This document shows positions 26,562 through 35,892 of a DNA stretch of 64,000 nt, piece after piece. How positions within the stretch are numbered: the stretch's first letter is position 1; each line of letters starts with the position of its first letter. The translations under genes were made by a program, and so were the position numbers. The notes below the pieces were generated by a model. It searched no databases. It saw only the letters and a program-made list of their open reading frames with translations, and had not been told where the DNA came from. This DNA comes from Acidobacteriota bacterium (GTDB taxonomy: Bacteria; Acidobacteriota; Thermoanaerobaculia; Multivoradales; JAHEKO01), in the NCBI GenBank assembly GCA_029862975.1, contig JAOTWP010000006.1:41-64040 (forward strand), written 5' to 3'.

Positions 26562-27872
26562 TCAGAAGGGCTCGGTCGTGGCGAGCAGATAGGCGAGAAG
26601 AGCGAGCGGCGAGACGGCCGGCACTCCCGCCCCGAAGAGCTGGAGCACCAGGTGCTGGTCGCCGATGCTCCCGGCGCCGGCCGAGAGCTGGATGGCGGCG
26701 ACCGCCAGGACCACGAGGACGGGCTCGAGCCAGGGGGGAAGGAGCGCGGACTCCGGCGGGCGGCGCCTGAGCCCGGCCCAGCGGTCGGCGGCCACCGCCA
26801 GGGCCAGCACCTCGAGGGGCAGCAGCACGACGAGGGTGTGGCTCCACACGAGCGGGGTCACGACGATGCTCGCCGTGATCGCGAAGCAGGCGAGCCGGGC
26901 GCGGCCGAAACGGCGGCCCGCGACGAGCGCCAGGGCGGCGAGCGCCAGCGGCGCCGAGATCCACAGCGCGTCGATCTCGAAGCCGAAGAGCTTCGGGAAG
27001 CGGTGCAGCGAGATCGAGGCGGCGACGCGCTCGGTCGCGGTGAGCGCCAGGAGCGCGTCGAGGTGGGGAAACGGCAGGACGAGCCCGGCGGCGACCAGCG
27101 CGGCCGCGGCGGCGGCCACCACCCGCTGCCGCGCGTGTCCCTCGCGGCGCGCGCACGGCAGGCAGGCGACCGCCATCGGCGCCACCGGTTTGAGCGCGAC
27201 GCTCGCCCCCAGCAGGAGCCCGGCGGCGAGCGGGCGCCGCGGCACGAGGAGCAGCCCGGCGATCACCATCCCGGCCACGGCCAGCGAGAAGTTGTTGAAC
27301 TCGACGGAGTAGCGCACCTGGGGAGCGAGCAGGATGAAGGCCACCCCGGCCGCCAGCCGCCGCCCGGCGCCCCACGGCAGCCAGGCCGAGGAGCACCAGA
27401 TGGCGACCGCCAGGCCGAGCAGGTTGGCCCCCGCGAGCAGCCCGTCCGTGGCCTGCCGGCCCAGGTGCGCCACCGACCAGGCGCCGGCGTAGGCGAAGAC
27501 GGACGGATAGAGGTAGTCGGGCTCCAGGAAGGGCGACTCGCCGGCGGCCACGAGGTCGAAGGCGTTGAAGTACGCAACCTCGTCGCCCAGCGGCACCTCG
27601 TTCTCCGTCACCATCGGCCACCAGCGCACGAGCGGCACGAGCATCAGCACGAGGAGGCAGCCCGCGTGCACCCGCAACGGCAGGCCGGCCCAGCCGGCGA
27701 ATGCCGCGGCGAAGGCCCGCGCCCGCGCGGCGGCCGGCGTGGCGGGCGCGGGATCGGGGACGGCTGGCGCTGGAGCTTCCACGGTGGCGGCCGGCCCCGG
27801 CCGCCGCAGCCCGCCGGCGACCCGGCCCCGAATCAAGAGCTCGACTGCTCGCCGGAAGCCGGCGTGGCGCAC
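26562..27872 (-). CDS. GT87/DUF2029-like integral membrane glycosyltransferase, paralog A (start uncertain)
   Basis: GESPF..DYLYPSVFA, NNFS, SVALKP, PLVWSH; multi-TM. Confidence 0.7.
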   Translation of the reverse strand: MRHAGFRRAVELLIRGRVAGGLRRPGPAATVEAPAPAVPDPAPATPAAARARAFAAAFAGWAGLPLRVHAGCLLVLMLVPLVRWWPMVTENEVPLGDEVAYFNAFDLVAAGESPFLEPDYLYPSVFAYAGAWSVAHLGRQATDGLLAGANLLGLAVAIWCSSAWLPWGAGRRLAAGVAFILLAPQVRYSVEFNNFSLAVAGMVIAGLLLVPRRPLAAGLLLGASVALKPVAPMAVACLPCARREGHARQRVVAAAAAALVAAGLVLPFPHLDALLALTATERVAASISLHRFPKLFGFEIDALWISAPLALAALALVAGRRFGRARLACFAITASIVVTPLVWSHTLVVLLPLEVLALAVAADRWAGLRRRPPESALLPPWLEPVLVVLAVAAIQLSAGAGSIGDQHLVLQLFGAGVPAVSPLALLAYLLATTEPF

Positions 27873-27925
27873 ATTACCGCAACCGCGGCCCGCGGCCGCG
27901 CGCCGGTGCCGCCTCCGCGCCGCCC

Positions 27926-28468
27926 CTAGATCGCGCCGTCCGCCTGGCGCTCCAGGCTCTCGAAGCTACGCTCGAGGGTCTCGTCGAGCGCCTCGAAGCT
28001 GCGCTCCATCTCGCGGCTCATCGCTTCGAGGGAGCGCTCGATCTCGGCGCTTAGCCGCTCCCAGTCGATCTCCTCGAGGGCGCGCGCCGACTCCTCCATG
28101 GCGACGTCCATCTCGTCCCAGTCGACGTCGGAGAACGCCTCGGCCATCCGGGCGCCGAGCTCGGCGCCGAAGCGGGCCCAGTGCTCGCCCCACTCCTCGC
28201 CGAAGGCGCCCCACCGCTCGCCCATCTCCTCGCCGAAGGCGCCCCACTGCTCCCCCATCTCCTCGCCGAACGAGCCCCAGTGCTCCCCGAGCTCCTCGCC
28301 CCAGGCGCCCCAGCACTCGCCCCACTCGTCCCAGCTCTCGGACTGCGAACAGTCGGGCGCCGGCGGCGCCTGGCGCTCTCTTTCGACCTCCCGCCCGCCG
28401 ACCCGGCCGGCGACGGCGGCGAGCGCGACGGCCGCCAGCACGAGCGCCGGAATCTTCCTTCTCTGCAT
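27926..28468 (-). CDS. Exported acidic protein with tandem 11-aa repeats (WGxFGEEMGEx)
   Basis: GGAGG RBS before ATG 28468; N-terminal hydrophobic segment; about five 11-mer repeats then a helical acidic tail. Confidence 0.7.
   Translation of the reverse strand: MQRRKIPALVLAAVALAAVAGRVGGREVERERQAPPAPDCSQSESWDEWGECWGAWGEELGEHWGSFGEEMGEQWGAFGEEMGERWGAFGEEWGEHWARFGAELGARMAEAFSDVDWDEMDVAMEESARALEEIDWERLSAEIERSLEAMSREMERSFEALDETLERSFESLERQADGAI
28148..28333 (-). repeat. Coding 33-bp tandem repeat (about 5 units)
   Basis: Recurring ctcctcgccgaaggcgcccca-type unit at 33-bp period. Confidence 0.8.
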
Positions 28469-28525
28469 TCGCGGATCCTCCATGCCTTATCTTCTCTACG
28501 CTCGCGGGCCGCGTAAGTTCCAGCC

Positions 28526-29764
28526 CTAGAACCGATCGGTCGTGGCGAGCAGGTAGGCGAGAAGCGCCAGCGGCGCGAGGGCGGGCACGCCGCCGCCCAC
28601 GAGCTCGAGAAGGAAGCCCTGGCCGTGGATCGTGCCGGCGCCGACCGAGAACTGGAGGCTGGCGACCGCCAGGAGCACGAGGACGGGCTCGACCCAGGAC
28701 CCGACCCGCCGGCCCGCCGGCAGCGCGGCGCTCGCCGCCGTCCAGCGCCTGGCCGCCACGGTCACGGCGAGCACCTCGAGCGGCAGCAGGAGCACCAGGG
28801 TGTGGCTGCGAACGAGCGGGGTGGCGGCGACCGTCGCGGCGGTGGCGAGGCAGAGGAAGCGCCCGCGGCCCAGCGGCCCGCGCAGCACGAGGACGGCGAC
28901 GGCGGCGACGGCCACCAGCACGGAGACCCAGATGAGATTGACGCCGAGGCCGAAGAGACCGGGGAGCCGGTGCAGCGAGACCGTGTCGAGAACGGCCCGG
29001 CCGCCGACGCGGCCCAGCAGCTCCGCGGAGTGCGGCAGCAGCAGGACGAGCGCCGCCGCGACGGCGATGCCGACCCCGGCGGCCACCACGTTGCGGCGCC
29101 CGCCGAGCTCCCCGCGGGCGAACAGGAGGCAGCCCAGCGCGGCCGGCGCCACCGGCTTGAGCGCCACGCTGCCGCCCAGGAGCAGGCCCGCCGCCAGCGG
29201 TCGCCGCGGCACCAGCAGGAGGCCCGCGACGATCATCCCCGCGACCGCCAGGGAGACGTTGTTCGACCCCACCGAGTAGCGCGCCTGCGGCGCCAGCAGG
29301 ATGAACGCCGTCCCGCCGAGCAGGCGCTGCGCGGCGCTCCACGGCAGCCAGGCCGCCGCGCACCACAGCGTGAGCGCGAGGCCCAGGAGATTCGCGGCCT
29401 GCAGCAGGTTGTCCGTCCGGGCGCGGCCGAGGTGCTCCACGGACCAGGCCCCGGCGTAGGCGAACGCCGCGGGATAGAGATAGCCCGGCTCGTCGAAGGG
29501 CGACCGGCCGGCGGCGACCCGCTCGAACGCCGCGAAGTACTGCATCTCGTCGGCGATCGCCACCTCCGTCTCCGACACGGTGGGCCACCACCGCACCGCC
29601 GGCACGAGCGCCAGCAGAATCACGCAGCCCGCGTGCACGGCCGCCGGCCAGCCGGCCCAGCGCCCAAAGCCCGCGGCCAGCGCCGCCGCCTGCGACGAGC
29701 CCGCCTGCGACGAGACAGACGAGGGCGAGGGGCCGCGGAGCTTCGAGCCTTCCACCGTCGACAA
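28526..29764 (-). CDS. GT87/DUF2029-like integral membrane glycosyltransferase, paralog B
   Basis: GRSPF..GYLYPAAFA, NNVS, SVALKP; collinear with paralog A down to the terminal LLAYLLATT; AAAGGAG upstream of TTG. Confidence 0.7.
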   Translation of the reverse strand: MSTVEGSKLRGPSPSSVSSQAGSSQAAALAAGFGRWAGWPAAVHAGCVILLALVPAVRWWPTVSETEVAIADEMQYFAAFERVAAGRSPFDEPGYLYPAAFAYAGAWSVEHLGRARTDNLLQAANLLGLALTLWCAAAWLPWSAAQRLLGGTAFILLAPQARYSVGSNNVSLAVAGMIVAGLLLVPRRPLAAGLLLGGSVALKPVAPAALGCLLFARGELGGRRNVVAAGVGIAVAAALVLLLPHSAELLGRVGGRAVLDTVSLHRLPGLFGLGVNLIWVSVLVAVAAVAVLVLRGPLGRGRFLCLATAATVAATPLVRSHTLVLLLPLEVLAVTVAARRWTAASAALPAGRRVGSWVEPVLVLLAVASLQFSVGAGTIHGQGFLLELVGGGVPALAPLALLAYLLATTDRF

Positions 29765-29997
29765 CGCGCGCGCTCTCCTTTCGATCCCCGAAGCCTAGCC
29801 GATCCGCGGCCGCCGGCGCGCGGCCCCGGCGGTAGCTCCGCCCGCAATGCTCGGTCCGGCACCGAGAGCCGCCTTTCCTGGCAGATGCTTCGCGACGGCG
29901 ATACTCTGCGCTTGGGCTCGCGGCAGCCCACCCCATCGCTTCGCGGAGCGCGCCGGGCCGCCGGTTCTCGTCGGCGGCCGCCGGCCTTGCCACCGCC

Positions 29998-30891
29998 GTG
30001 CCGACTCGTGATCAGGACTGCGTCCGCTTCCTCCGGTGGGCGCTGCCGCGCCTGGGCTATCGCTGGCCCGGGTACCGCAAGGTCCGGCGGCAGGTCTGCC
30101 GCCGCGTTCGCCGGCGCCTCGAGGCACTCGGCCTGGCGGATCTCGACGCCTACGCGCGACTCCTCGCGAAGGACCCGGACGAGTGGCCGCGTCTCGACGA
30201 ATGCTGCCGCGTCACCATCTCTCGCTTCTACCGCGACCGCCGGCTCTGGGAGGTGCTGGGACGCGACGTCCTGCCCGCGCTCTACGCGCAGGCGGCCGCG
30301 AGCGATCCGCCCCGGATTCGCGTGTGGAGCGCCGGCTGCGGCGCCGGCGAAGAGCCCTACACGATGGCGCTGCTGCTCCGCCTCGGCCCGAAGCCGTTGC
30401 CGGCCGGCGTCGACTCGGAGATCGTCGGCACCGATCTCGACCGCCATCAGCTCGAGCGCGCGCGCCGCGCCGCGTACCCGGAGTCGAGCCTCCGGGATCT
30501 CCCCGCCGCCTGGCGACGGCGGGCCTTCGCCGCGGACGCCGGCGGGGCCCAGCGCCTGCTCGAGCCGCACGCCGAAGCCACCCGCTTCCTGCTCCAGGAC
30601 CTGCGCGGCGAGGCCCCCGCCGGACCCTTCGACCTCGTCCTCTGCCGCAACCTGGCCTTCACCTACTTCGACTCCGATACCCAGGCGCGCTGCCTTGCGA
30701 GGCTCCTCGCCAACCTCGGCCCCTCCGGCTGGCTGGCCATCGGATGCCACGAGACCCTTCCCGCGGGTGGCCCCACCCTCCTCCGCCACCCGAGCGGGCT
30801 CCCCCTGTTTGCCCGACCCCTCGAAGGCCCGTTCTTGGCCCGGATCCAGGGGGAGGCGAAGGTCTCGGGGGTGAGGATCGGCAGGAAGTAG
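29998..30891 (+). CDS. cheR: CheR-family SAM-dependent methyltransferase (orphan)
   Basis: VTISRFYRD, IRVWSAGCGAGEEPYT, GTDLD, FDLVLCRN, GWLAIGCHE. Confidence 0.85.
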   Translation: MPTRDQDCVRFLRWALPRLGYRWPGYRKVRRQVCRRVRRRLEALGLADLDAYARLLAKDPDEWPRLDECCRVTISRFYRDRRLWEVLGRDVLPALYAQAAASDPPRIRVWSAGCGAGEEPYTMALLLRLGPKPLPAGVDSEIVGTDLDRHQLERARRAAYPESSLRDLPAAWRRRAFAADAGGAQRLLEPHAEATRFLLQDLRGEAPAGPFDLVLCRNLAFTYFDSDTQARCLARLLANLGPSGWLAIGCHETLPAGGPTLLRHPSGLPLFARPLEGPFLARIQGEAKVSGVRIGRK

Positions 30892-30951
30892 CTCGCGCCG
30901 GCGATTGCAGGCGCGTCATGGCCAGCTGGAACTGCGGGAGCGGCAGCCGGT

Positions 30952-33132
30952 CTACTCCCCCGGCACCGGGAACCCTCGATCGCGCATCAGCGCCTCCATC
31001 CTGGCGTCGCGGCCGCGGAAGGCGCGGTAGGCGTCGGCGGGGTCGACGGAGTTGCGGGGGGCGAAGAGGTGGTCGACGAGCTTGCCTGCCAGCGCCTCGT
31101 CGTAGTAGCCGCCCGGCGCCTCCTCGAAGGCTTCCGCGGCGTCGGCGGTGAGGACGTCGGCCCACATGTAGCCGTAGTAGCCGGCCGAGTAGCCCTCGCC
31201 CGAGAAGATGTGCCCGAAGTGCGGGCTGCGGTGGCGCATGGGGATCTCGTCGGGCATGCCGAGCTCGGCGAGCGTCGCGCGCTCGAAGGCCGCGACGTCG
31301 AGGCCCGCCGGGTCGATCGTGTGGTAGCGCATGTCCATGAGGGCGGAGGCCAGGTACTCGGTCGTCGCGAAGCCCTGGTTGAACTTCGAGGCCTTCTTGA
31401 TCTTGGCGACGAGCTCCGCCGGGATCGGCTCGCCCGTCTCGTGGTGGACGAGGTAGCCGTTGATGACCTCGTCCGTCAGGAGCCAGCGCTCGAGCAGCTG
31501 GGACTGGAACTCCGTGTAGTCCCGGACGCCGCCGTTCAAGGTCGGATAGGCGACGTTCGAGGACAGGGAGTGCAGCGCGTGGCCGAACTCGTGGAAGAGG
31601 GTCGTCGCGTCGTCCCAGGAGATCAGCACCGGCTCGCCGGGGGCGCCCTCGATGAAGTTCGAGTTGTTGGCGGACAGCACGGTCTTCTCGCCGTCGAAGG
31701 TCTCGTGGGTGCGGTAGCTCGTGGCCCAGGCGCCCGAGCCCTTGCCGGGGCGGGCGTAGGGATCGAGATACCACAGGCCCACGTGCTCGCCGGTCGAGCC
31801 GCGGGTGACCTCCCAGACCTTGACGTCCTCGTGGAAGACCGGCACCGTCCCCGCCGCGAGCGGCGTGAACTCGAAGTCGAAGAGCCGGCCGGCGACGAAG
31901 AACATCGCCTCGCGCAGCTTGTCGAGCTGGAGGTACTGCTTGACCTCGTTGGAGTCGAGGTCGTAGCGGGCCTGCCGGACCTTTTCGGCGTAGTAGCGGT
32001 AGTCCCAGGGCGCGATCGCGATGCCCGCCCCCTCGGCGTCGGCGATGGCCTGCATGTCGGCCACCTCCTCCGCCACGCGGGCGAGCGCCGCCGGCCACAC
32101 GGTCTCCATCAGCTCGAGCGCCCGCTCGGGGGTCTTGGCCATGCGGTTCTCGAGCCGCCACCGGGCGTAGTTGTCGTAGCCCAGCAGGGCGACCCGCTCG
32201 TCCCGCAGCGCGAGGATCTCGGCGATGAGCGCCTTGTTGTCGTGCTCGTCGCCGTTGTCGCCGCGCGAGTAGTAGGTGCGCCAGACCTTCTCGCGCAGGT
32301 CGCGCTCGGTGGAGAACGTGAGGAACGGGTCCATCGACGAGCGGGTGTTGGTGATCGCGTACTCCCCGTCGCGCCCGCGCTCCGCGGCGGCCGCGGCGGC
32401 GGCCTGCACGAAGGAGTCCGGCAGGCCGCCCAGCTGGTCGCCCGAGAGGTAGGTGACGTAGCCCTCCTCGTCGGCGAGGACGTTGTTGCCGAACCGGGTG
32501 TAGAGCTCGGCAAGGCGCTGATCGATGGCCGCGTAGCGCTCCTTGGCCTCGCCCTCGAGGGTGGCGCCGTCGCGCGCGAAGCCGTCGTAGACGAGCCACA
32601 CGAGGCGCTGCTCGGCGGCGCCGAGCGACTTCGCCTCGTCGCCCTCGTAGACGGCCTTGATGCGCGCGAAGAGGGCCGCGTTCTGGACGATCTCCGACTG
32701 GAACTCGGCGAGCTTCGGCGCCATCCTCTGCTGGATCTCGCGAAACTCCGGCGTCGACAGGTTGCCGCTCCAGATCCCCCAGTAGGTGAACGCCCGCCCC
32801 AGCGGGCGCCCGCTGCGCTCCAGCGCCAGGATGGTGTTCTCGAAGGTCGGGGGCTCGGGGCTCGCGGCGATGGCGTCGATCTCCGCGAGATTCGCCGCCA
32901 TCCCGGCCTCGAGCGCCGGCTCGAGGGTGGCGAGGTCCATCCGGTCGAAGGCCGGAACGCCGCCGTAGGGGCCTTCCCACTCGGCGAGCAGGACGTTGCC
33001 CTCGGCCGCGGCGGCGGCCGGAGTCTGCATCGGGGTTTGCATCGGGCTGCGCATCGACTGTGGCGCGCACGCGGCGCAGATGAAGATCAAGGCCATGACG
33101 GCTGACTCCTCGAGCTCGGTTCGCATGTTCAT
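30952..33132 (-). CDS. dcp: M3 family metallopeptidase (peptidyl-dipeptidase Dcp-like), probable lipoprotein
   Basis: TLFHEFGHALH, RDYTEFQSQL, FGHIFSGEGYSAGYYGYMWA; RBS GAGGGAG; CAAC lipobox-like. Confidence 0.92.
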   Translation of the reverse strand: MNMRTELEESAVMALIFICAACAPQSMRSPMQTPMQTPAAAAAEGNVLLAEWEGPYGGVPAFDRMDLATLEPALEAGMAANLAEIDAIAASPEPPTFENTILALERSGRPLGRAFTYWGIWSGNLSTPEFREIQQRMAPKLAEFQSEIVQNAALFARIKAVYEGDEAKSLGAAEQRLVWLVYDGFARDGATLEGEAKERYAAIDQRLAELYTRFGNNVLADEEGYVTYLSGDQLGGLPDSFVQAAAAAAAERGRDGEYAITNTRSSMDPFLTFSTERDLREKVWRTYYSRGDNGDEHDNKALIAEILALRDERVALLGYDNYARWRLENRMAKTPERALELMETVWPAALARVAEEVADMQAIADAEGAGIAIAPWDYRYYAEKVRQARYDLDSNEVKQYLQLDKLREAMFFVAGRLFDFEFTPLAAGTVPVFHEDVKVWEVTRGSTGEHVGLWYLDPYARPGKGSGAWATSYRTHETFDGEKTVLSANNSNFIEGAPGEPVLISWDDATTLFHEFGHALHSLSSNVAYPTLNGGVRDYTEFQSQLLERWLLTDEVINGYLVHHETGEPIPAELVAKIKKASKFNQGFATTEYLASALMDMRYHTIDPAGLDVAAFERATLAELGMPDEIPMRHRSPHFGHIFSGEGYSAGYYGYMWADVLTADAAEAFEEAPGGYYDEALAGKLVDHLFAPRNSVDPADAYRAFRGRDARMEALMRDRGFPVPGE

Positions 33133-33162
33133 CGCTCCCTCTTTCGTCCTGAGCAGGGTCGT

Positions 33163-33237
33163 CCTGAGACTGGGGGTCACCCCGAGACTGGGGCCGTCCC
33201 GAGATTGGGGCCGTCCCGAGATCGGGGCCGTCCCGAG
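33163..33237. repeat. Intergenic 17-bp tandem repeat CCCGAGAYYGGGGCCGT (3 full units plus flanking partial units)
   Basis: Units at 33181, 33198, 33215, partial at 33232 and degenerate at about 33163. Confidence 0.85.
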
Positions 33238-33474
33238 GCGACAGGCTACCAGCCTGCGAGCCGTCGCGGCCATCGGGTCGTGGGCTGACGGCGTGCCGGC
33301 CCCCGACCGGCGATCGGTTGCGGCACCCGTGCCGCGCCGCGGCGGCCCGCCCCTTGCCGGAGGCGGCGCTTCCACCCCTCCGGGTAGCGCGCCCGGCGCT
33401 CGTTCTCTCTAACATCCCGCTTGGAGCCGCTCTCCCGGCTCCGAGACGCGCAACCCGAGAAAGGACGGCGAGTG

Positions 33475-33837
33475 ATGAAGAGACACGCGTTGTGGCTCGG
33501 CGCGGCCGTCGTCGCCGGTCTGGTGCTGATCCTCGCATCGACCGGCTCGACCCGCGCCACCGAGGGGCTGGACGGCAAGGAGCTGTTCCTGGCGGAAGGG
33601 TGCGACACCTGCCACTCCGTGGCCGCCGCCGAGATCGAGGCGAAGACGACGTCGGAGAAGATGCTCGGACCCGACGTCAGCGGCTACGAGACCGACGACC
33701 TGAAAGCGCTCGCGGCGTACCTGCGCAAGGAGGCCGAGCTCGACGGCGAGACCCACAACAAGGGATTCAAGGGTAGCGACGAGGAGCTCCAGGCGCTCAT
33801 CGACTGGCTGGGAAGCCTCGAGCCGCCCGCCAAGTGA
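33475..33837 (+). CDS. Monoheme cytochrome c, exported
   Basis: AAAGGA RBS, signal peptide, GKELF..CDTCH, GPDV. Confidence 0.85.
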   Translation: MKRHALWLGAAVVAGLVLILASTGSTRATEGLDGKELFLAEGCDTCHSVAAAEIEAKTTSEKMLGPDVSGYETDDLKALAAYLRKEAELDGETHNKGFKGSDEELQALIDWLGSLEPPAK

Positions 33838-33883
33838 AGTGTCGTCGTTGCCGGATGAGCCCGAGCGAGCGCGCGAGCCAGGA

Positions 33884-35068
33884 ATGCCGACCCTCCGCCT
33901 GACGATTCGGGTGGCGGGCCTGGCCGCGCTCGCGGCCCTGGCGCTGCTGCCGCTCCCGGCCGGAGCCGTCGAGGACGAGGACTGCCTGGCCTGCCACGCG
34001 GATCTCGAGGACGCCGCCGGCGAGCGGATCGCGGCGGACCTCGACCAGCTCTCCGAGTCCATGCACGGCGAGATGGGGCTGGCCTGCGTCGACTGCCACG
34101 CCGACGTCGCCGATTTCGACGGCGAGCACCCGGAGAAGCTGGCGCCCGCGGCCTGCGGCGACTGCCACGACGACGTCCTGGGCGCGGTCTCCGAGAGCGC
34201 TCACATGGGGCAGTCCTGCGGCGACTGCCACGGCGGCCACGAGATTCGCGCGGCCGCGGACGAGGCGGCGCCCACCAGCCTCTTCCGGACGCCGGCGCTG
34301 TGCGCGTCGTGCCACGAGGCGCTGGGCGAGCAGGCGAGCCAGTACCTCGACGGCATCCACGGCCGCGCCCTCGTCAAGAGCGGCCTCAAGTTCGCGCCGA
34401 GCTGCGTGACCTGCCACGGCGCCCACGAGATCCTCCCGGCCGGCGATCCCCGCGGCCGCGTCTACCGCACCAAGGTTGCCGCCATGTGCGGCTCGTGCCA
34501 CGAGGGGCTGATCTCGACCTACTCCGGCAGCGTCCACGCCCAGCTCGATGCCGCGACGGGGGAAGCGCGCGCGGTGTGCTCGGACTGCCACCCGACCCAC
34601 GCCGTCGGCTCGCGCAACCTGCCGGCCTGGCGCCAGGCCGTCGTCGCCGAGTGCGGCGAGTGCCATGGCGCCATGCTCGAGAGCTTCAGCGACGGCTTCC
34701 ACGGCCAGGCGACGCTGCTGGGCTTTGCGCGCGTCGCCAAGTGCAGCGACTGCCACGGCTCGCACGACGTCCTCGCCGTCGACGACCCCGCCTCGCGGGT
34801 CGCCGCGGCCAACGTCGTCGCGACCTGCAGCGGCTGCCACGAGGGGGCGACGGCGAATTGGGCCGACTACGATCCCCACGCCGATCTGTCGTCGCCGGCG
34901 CGCAATCCCCAGGCGTACTGGGCGCAAGGGGCGATGAAGGTCCTGCTGGCGTCGGTCTTCGGCTTCTTCTTCCTCCACACGGCGCTGTGGCTGCCGCGGT
35001 CGCTGGTGGCCATCCGCCGCGGCCGGGACGCCGGTGCGGCGCCCCCGGCCCGGGAGCTCGACGCATGA
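33884..35068 (+). CDS. Multiheme cytochrome c (11 CxxCH) with C-terminal membrane helix
   Basis: CLACH, CVDCH, CGDCH x2, CASCH, CVTCH, CGSCH, CSDCH x2, CGECH, CSGCH; signal peptide; C-terminal VFGFFFLHTALW. Confidence 0.92.
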   Translation: MPTLRLTIRVAGLAALAALALLPLPAGAVEDEDCLACHADLEDAAGERIAADLDQLSESMHGEMGLACVDCHADVADFDGEHPEKLAPAACGDCHDDVLGAVSESAHMGQSCGDCHGGHEIRAAADEAAPTSLFRTPALCASCHEALGEQASQYLDGIHGRALVKSGLKFAPSCVTCHGAHEILPAGDPRGRVYRTKVAAMCGSCHEGLISTYSGSVHAQLDAATGEARAVCSDCHPTHAVGSRNLPAWRQAVVAECGECHGAMLESFSDGFHGQATLLGFARVAKCSDCHGSHDVLAVDDPASRVAAANVVATCSGCHEGATANWADYDPHADLSSPARNPQAYWAQGAMKVLLASVFGFFFLHTALWLPRSLVAIRRGRDAGAAPPARELDA

Positions 35069-35892
35069 GCGCCCCCGACGGCTCGCTCAGGATCCAGCGG
35101 TTCGACGCCTTCGACCGCACCCTCCACATCGCGCTCATGATCAGCTTCCTGGGGCTCGCCGCGAGCGGCCTGCCGCTGCTCTTCGCCGACCGCTCGTGGG
35201 CCCAGCTCATCGCCAGGGCCTTCGGCGGCTACGGCGTGACCGGCACCGTGCACCGGTTCTCGGCCGTCGTGCTGTTCGCGACCTTCTTCCTCCACGTCGG
35301 CAGGCTGATGCTGGGAACCAGGCGCAACGGCACCCGCTTCATGCTCTGGGGTCCCGACTCGCTCGTCCCGCAGCCCCGGGATCTCGCCCAGCTCGGGCAG
35401 CACGTGCGCTGGTTCCTGGGCCGCGGTCCCTACCCGCGCTTCGACCGCTACGCCTACTGGGAGAAGTTCGACTATTGGGCGGTGTTCTGGGGCATGGCCA
35501 TCATCGGCTGCTCGGGCCTCGTGATGTGGTTCCCGGGGGTGTTCCTGAGGATCCTGCCCGGCTGGGCGCTCAACGTCGCCCTCGTCGTCCACAGCGAGGA
35601 GGCCCTGCTGGCGATGGTCTTCATCTTCACCGTCCACTTCTTCAACAGCCACCTGCGTCCCGGCAAGTTCCCTATGGACCCGGTGATCTTCACCGGCGAG
35701 GTGACGGTGGACGAGCTGCGCCACGAGCGGGCGGCGCAGTACGAGCGGCTCGAGCGCACCGGCCGCCTCGCCCCTGCCGACGGCCCGAGCCCCCGCTGGC
35801 TCGTGAAGGGCGGGCCGATCATCGGCACCGTGGCCGTCACCGTCGGCTGGATCATCGTCTTCCTGACCCTCTGGGGCTTCCTCCAGGACTGA
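35065..35892 (+). CDS. Cytochrome b subunit (FdnI/HydC-like, CbcL membrane-domain type)
   Basis: ATGA overlap; TM His residues RTLH, TVHR, FLHV, VVHSEEALLA, TVHFF; YWEKFDYWAVFWG. Confidence 0.88.
   Translation: MSAPDGSLRIQRFDAFDRTLHIALMISFLGLAASGLPLLFADRSWAQLIARAFGGYGVTGTVHRFSAVVLFATFFLHVGRLMLGTRRNGTRFMLWGPDSLVPQPRDLAQLGQHVRWFLGRGPYPRFDRYAYWEKFDYWAVFWGMAIIGCSGLVMWFPGVFLRILPGWALNVALVVHSEEALLAMVFIFTVHFFNSHLRPGKFPMDPVIFTGEVTVDELRHERAAQYERLERTGRLAPADGPSPRWLVKGGPIIGTVAVTVGWIIVFLTLWGFLQD

Noticed and set aside
28148-28333. Possible CRISPR array (33-bp periodicity)
   Set aside because: Units are adjacent without unique spacers, vary mainly in a codon-wise way, encode an 11-aa repeat, and no cas genes are present.
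33163-33237. Possible mini-CRISPR or iteron origin
   Set aside because: No spacers, only 17-bp units, and no rep or cas gene or AT-rich unwinding region; kept only as a tandem repeat.
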